A stretch of DNA of 64,000 nt from Octopus sinensis (GCF_006345805.1 NC_043005.1:17980001-18044000), one strand, 5' to 3'; counted from the first letter of the stretch, positions 39,552 through 54,310 are shown. Made by a program: numbers and translations. The notes: generated from the letters alone by a model not told the origin.

Positions 39552-39881
39552 TGAGGGCGCGTGGCTTAGTGGTTAGGGCATTCGGCTCATGATCGTAAGG
39601 TTGTGAGTTCGATTCCCGGCGACGCGTTGTGTCCTTGAGCAAGACACTTTATTTCACGTTGCTCCAGTCCACTCAGCTGGCAAAATGAGTTGTATTTGTA
39701 TTTCAAAGGGTCAGCCTTGTCACTCTCTGTGTCACGCTGATTATCCCGAGAAACTACGTTAAGGGTACACGTGTCTGTGGAATGCTCAGCCATTTGCACG
39801 TTAATTTCACGAGCAAGCTGTTCCGTTGATCGTATCAGCTGGGACCCTCGTCGTCGTAACCGGCGGAGTCTTTTGTTTTTA
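39552..39881 (+). mobile_element. tRNA-derived SINE family B (my label), full length, 14-bp target-site duplication
   Basis: Head gggcgcgtggcttagtggttaggg...gagttcgattccc; atccccgaccatcg duplicated at 39538-39551 and 39882-39895. Confidence 0.9.
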
Positions 39882-40464
39882 ATCCCCGACCATCGCAACG
39901 ACATATTATTATTATTATTATGGGTCTTGACACCAAACAGGCTTCTGATCACACGCATGCAAGCCATCATGATTATTCCTTATATTCTATCGATCTAAAC
40001 AATGTCTAAACAAGATGTAATTAAGGAAGACCGCTGTTTCAAACGTAAGAAGAAACCACGCACACTCAGTGGCTGTGTGATGGTGGTCGAGTTTGATTGT
40101 CGTTACAAACACTGCGGTGCCTGATTAAAAATTCTTCTTGTCCTTTACATCTTAGTTCCAGACTTAATAACTCAAAGTCTGAAGATGCGAGGTTCATTTA
40201 TTAAATTATTTTTCCCCGAGATATACAAATTGTGTGTTACATATTGATTAATTAGTTTTCAGACATTGACACCACTTAATGTATTCATAGATCAATTGTC
40301 GTATAATACAGAGATAAGAGGAATTTAAGAAGATAATAGCAAATGTGTACCACCCCCCCCACCACACATACACACACACACACATACACACACACACACA
40401 CATGTCCTGAAATATATGTACGTATTATCTACGTATGTGTGCGCGTGTGTGTATGTATGTATAT

Positions 40465-40496
<32 letters not shown>

Positions 40497-41814
40497 CAAC
40501 ATATATAGATATATTTAAATTCATACACACATACACATGATCTTCTTATATCTATATTATAATACACACACACACACACATACATACATACATACCATAC
40601 ATACTACATACATACATACATATACATCCGAACATATACACATACAAAATAACAAATCCCCACAAGAACCCACCATCCACCCCAAACACACCCCCGCCCC
40701 TATTATATATATATATAAATACATATCCTGACAACATATACATCTACATTATATATAATATATATATATATATATATATTTGTGATCTATATATATAATA
40801 CATTAAATAAATATACTAATCATATGTGTGTGTGTGTACATAATACTTATATACATATCCCCATATATAAAATTCACTTAGATGTGTGTGTATATATACA
40901 TACCCACACATACAGATAGTGCTTTATCAGTAGTATAGTGTCGGTGCTGAATATTGCCAAACAAAAGAAAGTATTCAATACTATTCGTTAGTGTTGCAAA
41001 ATATATATTAAGCTGAGATCTCTGTGTGAGATGTTACTCGATGTTTCTCGTTTCTGATTCTCAGGTGATCGCTCTTACAGGGTTTAAAGCTTTCTTATAT
41101 AAAAAAAACAGTCGAATCTGTTCCGTGACACTGAAAAAAAACTGGACCTGGATTTCTGGTTTCACGAACGAGAATATTATATTGGTCCAGTGTTTTTATT
41201 TTATTTACATATTTATTAATTTTTTTTTTGCAACGGAAGGATGTGTCTATGCCTCTTGAAGTGTAGTTTTTGTTTTTTTAGAGTAAAGTCGAAAAACTTA
41301 AGCATTTAACAACGATATCATCTACCCGCTCTTGCATACTAAATCCAACTGGCAACGACATCATCCACACGCCTACATATATACAGAATCATTCTCAAAA
41401 ACCCACAGCCGCCATATTTGATCCCGTATTGCATATCTTAATAACCACAACCCATATTCCTTTGTTATCAATGCCTACTGCCAGTGTCCCATATTTCACG
41501 TTACGCGTTCCTGATGTGAATGTCTTACAATGAAGGTGATTCATATTTATGCTCATATTTCCCTACGTTCACAGTCGTATAGGTTCAGATAATGCTTTAT
41601 CTGTTATCTGGGTTAAGTCCACCGTAACACCATAATTATTGCCCTAGCTATATAATATATTCGAAATTCTTTCTTTTGTTTATTTCTTTTTTCACACAAA
41701 CATTGCTGCTATAGTATTAATTAATTTAATCAATTACGAATTTCTAATTGCGCTCTCTCAGGGAAAATATTCTCGCCTTAGATGAACTGAGTATTGTGAA
41801 AATAATTTGTGTGT

Positions 41815-41966
<152 letters not shown>

Positions 41967-42320
41967 ATATATATATATATATATGTGTGTATGTGTGATT
42001 ATATGTGTGTATGTGTGTGTGCGTGCGTTTGTGCGTGAGTGAATGTGTGTGTTTGTGTGCGTGTGTGTGTGTGTATGTGCATGCGCGTGTGTGTGGAAAT
42101 AATTGAGTATGTCTGTATGTGCTTGTGTAGGATTTTGATATTTCTCAAATGCGGTATCTCCTACAATTTCTGTCAGTTGAAATAGCGGTGATAGTAAATT
42201 AGAGTCATGTGGAGTTCTTGATGGTAATGGCAGCTTACTTGGCGGATGTTGTCAGAAATGTAGCACAGGCATATCCCAAACCTCAGTTCTACGTCATGTG
42301 ACACATATACCGATACATAT

Positions 42321-42372
<52 letters not shown>

Positions 42373-42394
42373 CTACATACGTGTATGCATATAC

Positions 42395-42425
<31 letters not shown>

Positions 42426-42501
42426 TTATATATAGATAATACATATATATATAGATATAAATAAATATATATATATTATTTATATATATACATATATATA
42501 C

Positions 42502-42565
<64 letters not shown>

Positions 42566-42611
42566 ATATATATATATATATTTGTCGATTTTACCATCAC
42601 CGAACCGAACA

Positions 42612-42734
<123 letters not shown>

Positions 42735-42892
42735 TGCGCAGGATTGGCTGTGTGATAAGTAGCTGGTTACTACGCACATGGTTCCGGGATCAGTCCCACT
42801 GCGTGGCACGTTGAGCAAGTGTCTTCTACTATAGCCTTAGCCGACCAAGCCTTGGGAGTGGATTTGTTAACGGAAACTGAAAGAAGCCCGTC

Positions 42893-42945
<53 letters not shown>

Positions 42946-43150
42946 ATTGTATATGTTTGTCTGTCTGTGTTTGTCACCCCACCAACCGATACTCTTGTGT
43001 TTACGTCCCCGTCACTTAGCAGTTTGGCAAAAGGGACGATACAGTAAGTACTAGGCTTTCCAAAGAATAAGTCCTGGGACTGATTTGCTCGACTAAAAGT
43101 GGTGCCCCAGCATGGCTGCAGTGAAATGAGTGGAACAAGTAAATGAAAAA
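42735..43150 (+). mobile_element. SINE family A, diverged
   Basis: Matches the 83-479 family. Confidence 0.8.
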
Positions 43151-43160
43151 ATTAAAGAAA

Positions 43161-43271
<111 letters not shown>

Positions 43272-43391
43272 TGCATACACTCACACACATACATACGCAA
43301 TTGCTATTACTACTATTATAGTTCTTATTACTAGGACTGCGAGCTGGCAGAACCGTTTGAAACCATTAATTATTATCATTTGTTGTTGTTG

Positions 43392-43453
<62 letters not shown>

Positions 43454-44279
43454 TGGATAAAATCGACATTTAGAGAAAGACTGTTGAATTAAAATGAATT
43501 AAAGATGAAATATTTTGAATTTGGATCAGTTGCTATTCAAATTTCATCTTTGCTTCATATTAACTCGACATTTTGAACAAACAATGAAATAGTCGAAACT
43601 TCCATTAAATATTGATTTTGTTTATTTATAAACATATTCACAGTTCGTTGGTTATGTGCTGAGCATTTTATTTCTCGATGGTTACTTTTGTTTTAAAATA
43701 TAACAACGGATTTTAATTATGATGTTATATCACGTTTGCAGTCCGTTGATTGAAGCTATGAAACCCGGAGATGATTAAAGAAATTTTTTTAATTATTTAC
43801 GCATCAAGTCATTTGTGTCCTTAATGGCTGTCCATCTGAAAGGCTTACAAAAATAACTCATGGGGTCGATATGTTCGACTAAAGGCGGTGCTCCAGCATG
43901 GCCACATTAACAATACTCGCAAATAAAATACAGACTGGAGTTGTAGTGCTCCAAGTGAGCTATATTCCATTCAGATTATTAAACGGAACATTTATATTTA
44001 TATACATGCATACATGTATACAAAGATATATGGCTGCGTAAGTACGCGTGCGTGCTTGCTTGCATGTTGGACATACATAAGGAGAACCGATTAAATTGAT
44101 ACACAGGTTGTTTCAAAATAGTAATTTGGCAAATCGGTGCAGTAAAGTGGGATATAGTACCAAACTAAAATGATGATTAAGTTTGCTATGATTGGGTCTC
44201 ACTGATTGCAGTAGAATAACTGGCCATCGCGATGTATGTATGCATGTATGTATTACACCACCACTGGTGGTGGTGTAAC

Positions 44280-44560
44280 ACACCATACTAATCATATCTG
44301 TCGGGCATGTGGAAGAGAGTGTAATTCGGCAGGAGGACTTAAACGACATGCAAAGGTACATGAAGCCCAGTTACAACTACACGCAGCTATTATAGGTAAA
44401 GGTTTTAGTTGCCAATTCTGTACAAGACATTGTAGATCTTTAGCTGGGCTAAAGAGTGACATTCGATCACAGCACCAGTAACAGTTAAGCTTCGTGCAAT
44501 GGCCATACTCTATAACGAGGGGGCAGCCATAATGTATGTATGTGTATACATGTATCTATG
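44280..44560 (+). mobile_element. RTE-type LINE 3' terminal fragment with zinc-finger-like motifs and (ATGT)n tail
   Basis: CRACGRECNSAGGLKRH and CQFCTRHCRSLAGLKS..R resemble the C-terminal C..C.R.C.S..GL.SH motif of RTE ORFs; short 3' UTR then microsatellite tail. Confidence 0.65.
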
Positions 44561-44599
44561 TATGTATGTGTGTGTGTATGTGTGTATTTTGTTTTCTGT

Positions 44600-46205
44600 T
44601 TTTTAATTATTTGAAATCTTCCTCTGAGGAGCTGGTTTCTAACAAAGATACAACACCCCGTCGCTGGAATGTAGATTAGGAAAATAGTCAGGGGGAAGTT
44701 TTTCTAGTTACAGATTGTATTTACAATGTACGAACTAGTTGGTTGATTTCTTTTTCTGAAAACTCAAGCTTATCCAGATTATCACAAAATCAAGTGCACC
44801 AATTATTGCTGGTATAAATGTGAACTTATAATCTTGGAGGTTTCGAAGCAATTGTCTGTAATTATCTTCTTTCTCTTTGGATTATGATGAGATGTATACA
44901 TCAACAGTGAAGCTGACTTCAATGACGGTACTTACTTTTACTTTTCTGTCCCAAACAACAATATCCGGTATGTTATGTTCACACTTGACAGAAGTTTTGA
45001 AGGAAATGTACCACTAATGTTCCTTGTGTTGGTGTTTATATATATATATTCAATAATAGTGGGATTCTCTATATTTATTCCAAGACAGTCATGTTTATGA
45101 ATGGTATTGTATGTGTACTGTTGAAGCTACAACGTCGTGTTGCATAGTGGGGTAGTGACATTTGGGGGGCAGCGGTTAATCACATGTGTGATATCTTCCT
45201 CATAATCTACCTTCCTGGCTGCATCTTGGGGCATCACTGTTTCGTTTGTTTATAAGGTATTCAGCAGCAATATCTTCTTTTATGGATTGCAAATGCATAG
45301 CCATTCGATCTGATGTAGCGGTCACGAATCCATGACAGGCTGCAGTCCATGCTGATATTATTGTCTTCTTTAGGTTTTCGGGAAACATAACCTTGCATTA
45401 TCTTTTGTTTTTTTTGGTATTCTGAGAGCTTCACATTCAGGTCTACTTTGAGGTCTGTTAGTCGGGTTGCTTTGGGTTTGTATGGAAGCTCATGAGGTAG
45501 AAAGTGCTTCCTAAAGAGCTCACTGTCGACATGTAGCATGTTCTCTTCGCCTTCCTTCACGAACTTTAGGTATTTATTTTCACTGCTGTTGTCTTACAGG
45601 TGGAGCCTGACGGAGTATAAAATTTTCGAAGGCTGTCTGCACTGACATCAAATTTCAACCTCCTTCATCTCTTCTTATATAGAATCAGTCAATCTCACTG
45701 TTTCCGTGGAAGAATCCAGTTGGTATCAGTACCTTGCAGGTTTTATTATCTGTGGAGTGGATTTCCTCTACAACCAATAAAGTATCCCAAATGTTGCAAT
45801 CAGCACTGGTACTGTAAATGCATTGTGGGATACTGTTTTACTGTAAAAGTTCTCATTGCCGTATTTTCTTAAGTTAGTGTAATATTCTTGGGTCACTCTA
45901 TTTTTATTCACTGCACTTTCGTAAGAGATCTTTTCATCAATGCCAAGATATTTGTAACATTCTTTCTGGGGAGCAGGAGAGATAGAGAGTCTTTTGATGC
46001 ACATCTTTTAGATCTGGGAGATAAAATTTTCCACGTTTAGTAATCAAATACTAACATTTCCTTTGGCCAAATTCCATTCTTATGCCAATTGAAAACGTTG
46101 TTATTAACTCCAGCTGCTTTGTAAGCATTCATAGCATGAATCTTTAGGTGATCCACCAAGAAATTATAAGTTACATTAATATCTCAAGCAGTTGCGATCT
46201 CTAGC
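44600..46205 (-). mobile_element. Decayed R4/Dong-type non-LTR retrotransposon (RT C-terminus, CCHC region, restriction-like endonuclease)
   Basis: Manual minus-strand translation across frames: FLVDHLK, KQLELITTFS.GIRMEFG..KC, YKYLGIDE, HNAF.VPVL..TFGIL, MQGYV.RK, GYAFAI, EDITHVI..CP, HDVVA, HNIPDIVVWDRK...VIEVS, IPAIIGAL. Confidence 0.85.
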
Positions 46206-46307
46206 ATGTAGCGATTTAAATAATATTATATTATATATAATATTATATTTATTATATTATATTATATTATATTATATTATATTATATTATATTATATTAT
46301 ATTATAC

Positions 46308-46540
46308 TTAGTTCTTTATTGCCCACAGGGTGCTAAACACAGAGAGGACAAACAAGGACAGACAAACAGATTAAGTCGATTACATCGACCCCAGCGTGTA
46401 ACTGATACTTATTTAATCGACCCCGAAAGGATGAAAGGCAAAGTCGACCGCGGCGGAATTTGAACTCAGAACGTAGCAGCAGACAAAATATCGCTAAGCA
46501 TTTCGTCCGGTGTGCTAACGTTTCTACCTGATCGCCGCCT
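46308..46540 (-). mobile_element. SINE C (tail type 1) inserted in an (ATATT)n array
   Basis: (ATATT)n on both sides (about 46220-46305 and 46541-46580). Confidence 0.85.
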
Positions 46541-47439
46541 ATATTATATTATATTATATTATATTATATTATATTATATCGTTACTTGGAGTGCTCAGCC
46601 ATTGCCAAATTAATTTCACGTGCAGGCTGTTCCGTTGATCGGATCAACTGAAACTCTCTTCGTTGTAACTGATGAAGTGCAAGTTATGTATGTATAAATG
46701 CGTAATCTCATCAAATAAAATAGAGAACCTATACCGTCGAGACACCGATTTAACTCTCCCGACAAGAGAATCATCTCGAAAATCGGAAACACCATACTAA
46801 AGTAACGAAATCAAACGACACAGCTAGTAGGCACGTGTATAGATATACAATCGAAATAAGATATACAATATACAAACAAAATAAAGGCCGTACGGCTCTA
46901 AGACAAGGATAGGGCAAGCTGTGTGTATAAGTAACGCAATGGAAAATACCCTATGGAACTAGAAAGTGGACAGATGGAAAGATAGAACGGAAGGTGGAAA
47001 AAACGATATATACATGTATATAGAATGTACTGTTCCGTGATAGATCAACAAAAAAGTACTCCATCTGGTGAAAGATAAATATAATTTATTTAAAGGACAC
47101 AATACATATATTTAAGTGTTACTAGTAGTTTCATATGTTGATAATATCGCAAACATATCATCTGGCACAAACTACATATCACAACGAACTAAAACTTCAA
47201 TAAGAGAAGAAACGCAAAATAGCTGAGAAGGCAGCATTTAGAACACGCGGAAGGTTAAAAGAAACGGAAACGAAAAAGGAAAAAGTAAAAGCTAAAATTA
47301 TAAGGCTGGAAAGATACCAACAAGTTAACCAGGTATAGGCGGAATTTTCCAATTCTTCAAAGTATATTTACACATATGTTTGCAACCGGGGAAAATTTCA
47401 GACCTAGAGTTCAGTTGAGAATTAGAGAGCTTAGATCTG

Positions 47440-47990
47440 AAAAAGGATCTGAGTTCTTTCAGCTAAACGTATCTTACATTTATTGGATCCATCAACATTA
47501 ACAATTCTTTTCCACTTAATCACGTGTGGTATTGTGTTAGATGTCACACTCCATACGTAACTAGCCAACATAGTAGCTTTGCTCTTGACTTTATATCGAA
47601 AGGAGGCTATGTGATTAGCATAGCTGTTTTCAAATTATCCTTCACATAATCCAGTATAGGTCTTCTTATCTGTTGTAATGGCATTTAGCGTTGCAGTAAA
47701 TTTGCCTCGTATATGACAGATTTAATCATATATCGTTGGTCAAGTGGACAGGATTCTGGGTCGTGACAGTTACAAATTGAGGGAGTGGAACAGGTAAAAT
47801 TCAGGCTACATATGTGGCCTAGCTTGCAGATCCTTTGATGTAATAATTACCCAACGTGGGATACTCAGCTATCTACTCGTCAGACCGAAGAAACCTTAAT
47901 TATATGAAGGTTACATCGTTGTTAAGGAATTCCAAGTCAACTCGCATTCATAGCCACTCAAGTTGCTGACGGAGAGCTAAAGAAATATTT
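47440..47990 (-). mobile_element. Penelope-like GIY-YIG endonuclease remnant, second lineage
   Basis: Manual translation from 47774: CNCHDPESCPLDQRYMIKSVIYEA, frameshift, ...KKTYTGLCEG*FENSYANHIASF..K...TMLASYVW...IKW...CKIRLAERTQI. Upstream GKIFL*L and IKVS traces. Confidence 0.8.
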
Positions 47991-48165
47991 TTCCAGCTTC
48001 TCAAACTTGGATACGGGAAGCCTACAACCCTCACCGATAAATTATTATTATCCCTCCCCGAACGTAGTTTTTGAAACCTTCCACGTGCTGCTCGAAGCTT
48101 ATAAACTTCCTACACTTAGATCCACGAATCTTATAATTACACACATACGAACGCACGCGCACGCG

Positions 48166-48207
<42 letters not shown>

Positions 48208-51200
48208 AACACACACACACAAACACAAACACACAAATACAAACACAAACACACACACAGACACACACACAAACACACGCTGATAATTGATATATCTTCC
48301 TGATGTCTGTATTTCTGTCTCCAGAAGTCTTCATTCGCTAAGGCAGTCAAATTATTCTGTTGTATTTTGATTTGAAATTTTTGATAACCACTGAGTAAAA
48401 CATATTTACATATTGGGCAACAGTAGGAAAAATATTCATGAAAATATCAAGGCATTGTTTAGCTATAATTATCAACGAAGGAGAAGCAGAGAAAAAGCAA
48501 ACCGAAAGAGTTGTTTAATACGCTTGAAGATTTTGACAGATAATATACTGTTAGTCAGAAAGGACCACGCATAGTTACATAAAAGCATAAACAAAGATAT
48601 ATGTTTAAATGAACGAAGCGAAAACGAAATCCCTGCTGAGAGTGTGATGTATGCTTTTATAAGCAAATTGATTCTGCAAAGAACTTAATGCGACAAGAAA
48701 AAGAAGAAATAAGAATGAGATTGTCTGGAATCATAACGAAGAAGTATATCACAAAGAACAGTTAAAGTAAAACTGAATAATAAATCAAGGACAAATCGGC
48801 AAAGGAACTTTGTGAATGCGTAAAGTTATGGATAATACGAACTCACGTGATTTTATCGTGTTTTCACTCAAGATGGAAACAAAAAGCAATGTCCCATGCA
48901 ACAAGCTTGAGAATTGTCAAGAGATCTGCCCCATCCCTTCAAATAATTATTGTTATTTGTGTTATTGCTGCCTCGATTAAACATTTCCTATGATAAGAGG
49001 TGTTTCAGTCGTAACTATCCTACTTTGTTTTTGGTGGTGGTGGTGGTGGTGGTGGTGGTGGTGGGGTGTGTGACATAGGGCAGTTTTATGTAAAGTGTCC
49101 TTTCCTTTCGTAAGATTGTACTGCGTCATGTGGAAGGTGCTGCTATTTCTAAGAAGTCGATTCACCACATAACTGTTTCTTGGTTGATTCAAAGTTTTGA
49201 TTTTTGTGCAAGATTTAGGAAAGCAGTGTTATGTAAAAAAAAACATAATGAAACAAAACAAAAAAATCGTTTTAGATTCGAATCATTATAAATAATGGTT
49301 CTAAATAATACTTTTGTGTCTTCTGCATTTTGGGGATTAATCCGGACATTTTAAACTACAGATTATCTAGACATCAGATATCGATTATTGGTCGATAGTA
49401 ATTGCTTGTGAATCTTGTAATGGCGGTACTCTAGCATGGTGGAAACTAACTTGCAGGAACCAGTAAAAGAAAATGCGTTAATATGAAATGGACTGCAAGA
49501 CAGCAAGCAGGCAAAATCGTTAGCATGCCGGTCGAAATGCTTAGCGACATTTCGTCCGTCTTTACGTTATGAATTTAAATTGCACCGAGGTCGGCTTTGC
49601 CTTTCATCTTTCCGGGGTCGGTAAATAAGTACCAGTTGAACACTGGGGACAATGTATTCGATTTACCACTCACTTTACATGCTGATCTGGTGCCAAAGTT
49701 TGAAGCCAATATGAAATAGATTAATATTGCGAATTCTTTATCTATTTTGCTACTCACCCTCTTATAATAATGATTTATAAGCTAAGCTCATTTTTTCAGG
49801 GTTTGTGTATGTAAATATAACAAACTGAATCGCGTTCAGTATTTACAGTTTTTTTTCTTTATCGCTTTCTGAAGGATGAAAAACAAAGTCGATCTCATTT
49901 GTTGACATATCCACTTTTCAGTAATGATATTTAAGGGGCAGGAAGCGTAATGTCAAAGAATTCCCCTTCAGTACTTTATTGGTATTTTATTCTATCGAAC
50001 TGAGAAAGATGAAACGCGAAGTTGATTTCAGCGGAATTTGAAATCAGAACGTTAAAGACCAAAACTATATACAATAACACTCTAATTATTCCACCACCTT
50101 TCACAATATTACAGCCTTATAATAATTTAATTACAGTTAGGAATTTGGGGGTTTGAAAAAAACAGGGCATTACGTCAATTTCAGTACTTGACTAGTACTT
50201 TATTTCAACGAGCCAGGAAGAATGAAAGGTATAGTTTGATCTCGACGGGATTTGAACTTAGAATGAAAGAAAATTAACTAAATATCTCAGAAGATTTTTG
50301 TCTGACGCTCCAAATATTCTGCCCCCCCCCCACACACCATTAGATTTTTCTAATAATGACTTCTTATAATAAAACTTAATGTCTTAAATGTGTACAACTC
50401 TTTTCCGTGTTTTATTGCTGTCCTGAAATATAATGGCCGTTAGCGGCTATTAAAGCGCTACTTTCTGTAGTATATATATATATATACCTTAGTATTATGA
50501 TAAGAGAGACTATCACAGATATCTGTGCCAGCCATCTATTATATACAATTACACGGTTATACAGTTGTACAGATAAACCAACCATATTGATCTTGAAGCG
50601 AGACGTATTCTTACATATTGTCTCAGCCATATTTCGGTCGGTTAGACATTGAAACAAAATTAAACAAACGTACATGACACCCAGAGATTATTAAAAAAAT
50701 TGAGAAATAAATAAAAGAACGACTTAATTCTTGTTTCTTAGTGTTGTGTATGATTTTAAATGCTTTAATATCCGCTCGTTAATGGAAGCTATGTATATGT
50801 TGGCTCTAGCATATGTAGAAGCTTGACTGGTTAGAAATGGCAGCCAACTCTTTTTTAAATCAATCACCACACTGCTTTGAAAGATGGTAGTAAAAATTGG
50901 ATTTTTTCGAGCAGTAATTTCCTGCGATATTTATTCCGCTTCATAACGTTTTGAGTTCATATCTCGCCCAGGTTAAATTAGTCTTTGATTGTTCCGAGGT
51001 CGATGAAAGAAAGTAACAGTGAAGTAGCGGGAACGATTCAATCGACAAATAGTTTCAGGCTTTGTGCCTCTTGTGTTACCATGATTAAGGGACCTTGGGT
51101 TAATCCGTAGATTGTCTTAGAAACATAATTTGTAGTGTATTTACTTATATGTTTTTGCGTTCTGAGTTCAAATCCTGCCAGGGTAGATTTAACCTTAACT

Positions 51201-51711
51201 CCGTTTTGTGGTCGAGAAAATATATGGCCCTGAAATACCGGAATGAAGGTAATCTATTAAAGCACCCTAATTCCTAAAGAAATGTATACCTAGATTAGAA
51301 AATATTAACGGAAACAATGTCTTGCTGTATTTAGTTACAGATATTAATGTTTTGAGTTCAAATTTTGTCAAGATCGACTTTGCCTTTCTTCCTCTTGGGG
51401 TCGATAAAATAAAATATGAATGACTGGGCCTATTTAATTGACTAACCTCTTCCACAGTATCCGTGGTCTTGTGCTTATGGTGGAAATTAATGTTAATAGC
51501 GCAAAGAGTAAAGAGTACGGTTGATTGAATTGGCTGGGTGTCAGACAATAAGCTCTGCGATATTTAATTAGGTCCCGAATTAGAGTATGGCCGAGATGAC
51601 TTTTTTTTTAACACTCTTGAAATCGATGAAGTAGCAATCGTTTGCGAAAGACGATATTATAGCGTGCACCACTTCACCCTACATTTCAGTTATCGTACAT
51701 CTTTGGACCAT

Positions 51712-52292
51712 AATTCTTTTCGATCGGAGCTAAACAGGGACTAAACAACAGCAGCAATAGTGGAAGCGCAATGGCCCACTGATTAGGGCAGCGGTCTCGC
51801 AGTCGTAAGAAAGCGGTTTCGATTCCAAGACCGGGCATTGTGAGTGTTTATTGAGCAAAAACACCTAAGCTCCACGAGGCTTCAGCGAATCTTCTGATTG
51901 CGAATCCTCTGTACCCCAGGATGGTTCAGCTCTCCACCCGTTAAAAAGCCACCGTTTACGGATTGAGGATAATTTCGCGGCCGTGCAACCGCCAGTCTAT
52001 CGCGTGTGGTGGATCTTCAAGTTGCTACACGCATTCTTAATAGCTTAGAGTAGGCTCGAATTAGAGATTATTCTTTGTGGCTAATGACATGTGGTGAAAG
52101 AGTACGGCGGATTCCGCCGGAGCCTCGTGGAGCTTAGGTATTTTTGCTCAATAAACACTCACAATGCTCAGGGTCTGGGAGTTGAAACCGCGTTCTTACG
52201 ACCGCGAGTCAGCTGCTCTAACCGCTGGGCCATTGCGCCTCCACTATTGCTGCTGTTGTTTAGCCCCGGCTCATCTCCGATCGAGAAGAATT
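51712..52292. repeat. Inverted duplication of a tRNA-SINE head plus its upstream flank
   Basis: Arms about 51712-51890 and 52105-52292; complementarity covers the SINE head and about 45 bp of shared flank (aattctt.tcgatcggag...ctaaacaacagcagcaatagtgg). Confidence 0.85.
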
Positions 52293-53340
52293 TTGATTGG
52301 AAGATTGGAAGAAGAAAAAGAAAAAGAAGAAGGCAGTAGCAATAACACCAGGGACGATCATTATATGTAACTTTGGTAGGGAACCAGCTATTTTAAGTGA
52401 AGAGGGTCAGTGGATTACATCAATCCCGGTGCTCAACTGGTACTTATTTTATCGACGATGAAAGGATAAAAAACAAAGACAACCTTGGTGGTATTTGAAC
52501 TCAAAAATGTAAAGAGCCGGAAGAAACGCCGTTAAGTATCTTAACCGGTGCCCTAACGATTCTACCCACTCACTGCCCCAAGACAAATAACAGTAGTAAC
52601 AACAACAACAACATCTGTTCGTGAAAGTACAAAGTGGGATAAATTCCTCATTAGACTTTTTCCTTAATATTTGCTATTACTCAAACAAAAATAGATTTCT
52701 CTAAAATCGATCTTTACAGTTTAATTGATGTAACAGAGAAAAAGGAAAAAAAATATTCCTCCTTCAATCGATTTTCTTCATTGTTCTGTCATTATTTCTC
52801 TATATTTTCCCTTCATTTTGTTTTGTTTAAATGTTTTAGTTCTTTAAATGTCTTCGTTGCTGCTTTATCTTCATCTTCTTGTGGTTTTTCGTCTTCAATT
52901 TTAATTATTTCCTTCATTTAAATTTTGTTTTGTTTTTCGACTTTTCTTCTCTTCATGAAATAATGTCGATACTTTTTGTTTAAATTACAATTTTATTCTT
53001 AAGGTTTCTCTATATTTGTTGTTATTTCACAAAATATATTTATATGTCTTGCATTTTCTGTTCTATATTTTATTCATTTTCACGTCTATTCTCTTAATTC
53101 CCAATCTATCTATCCGTATCTCTTTTCTTCTTTCTGTCTGTCTGTTTGTCTCTCTATCTGTCTGTCTGCCTCTCTCTCACACACACATGTATGTATATAC
53201 ATGTGTATATATATAGTTAGATAAACACATACACACATATGAATAAAATCACACACACACACATATATACACATGTATATATATAAACACACACATACAT
53301 AAATACATACATACACACATACATACACACACACACACAC

Positions 53341-53655
53341 ACATATATATATATGTAGAAAATCACATATATATACATAAATATATGTAGGTAAACATAT
53401 ATGTGCGTATATGCATATAGATGTCTATATTACATACACATATGTAGATATACACGCGCACACGTGCACACACATACACACACACACACACACCACACAC
53501 ACATATATATATATGTAGAAAATCACATATATATACATAAATATATGTAGGTAAACATATATGTGCGTATATGCATATAGATGTCTATATTACATACACA
53601 TATGTAGATATACACGCGCACACGTGCACACACATACACACACACACACACACAT
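53341..53655. repeat. 160-bp tandem duplication
   Basis: gtagaaaatcacatat at 53355 and 53515; units identical outside the CA tract. Confidence 0.92.
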
Positions 53656-54024
53656 AGAGGGAACAGCTTATTTTTATGTATGTTTCATCAAACACACAGC
53701 TATGTTACTGTTCATTTATTTTTACTTTGGACTTTTCCTATTTTCCCAACGTCTTACATTTTAGTTAGGAACAGCAGAGCTCCAAACTCCAAATCCCACC
53801 TTTTCTAGACCTTCTCAGTTTCATTATCAGGCATTGAATCGAATATAGTTGGCGTTGATGTCGTTTCTTATAGCCTAGTTGAATTCGTGTTCAACCTTCC
53901 TATCAATGTTTTTTGACCGCAAGCACCTTGCATCAACAGTCACGTGTTGATATATTTGTTGCCGACAAATTTTAAACGTTAGGTTTTTAATTTTTATGTC
54001 TGTAGCCACAAGTTAATTTTTGAT

Positions 54025-54237
54025 ATACTCTTTTACTCTTTTATTTGTTTCAGTCATTTGACTGCGGCCATGCTGGAGCACCGCCTTTAGTCGAGCAAAT
54101 CGACCCCGGGACTTATTCTTTGTCAGCCCAGTACTTATTCTATCGGTCTCTTTTTCCGAACCGCTAAGTGACGGGGACGTAAACACACCAGCATCGGTTG
54201 TCAAGCAATGCTAGGGGGACAAACACAGACACACACA

Positions 54238-54310
<73 letters not shown>

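Noticed and set aside
39552-39625. tRNA-like sequences here and at 83-160, 7420-7500, 27363-27440, 51760-51840
   Set aside because: They have A/B-box-like motifs but no complete acceptor stem and run into repeated SINE bodies; 39552-39881 has a TSD. These are SINE heads, not tRNA genes.
44236-44481. Two C2H2-like fingers suggesting a host zinc-finger gene
   Set aside because: No TGEKP linkers or splice context, second finger is degenerate, and it is followed by a short UTR and microsatellite tail typical of an RTE LINE end.
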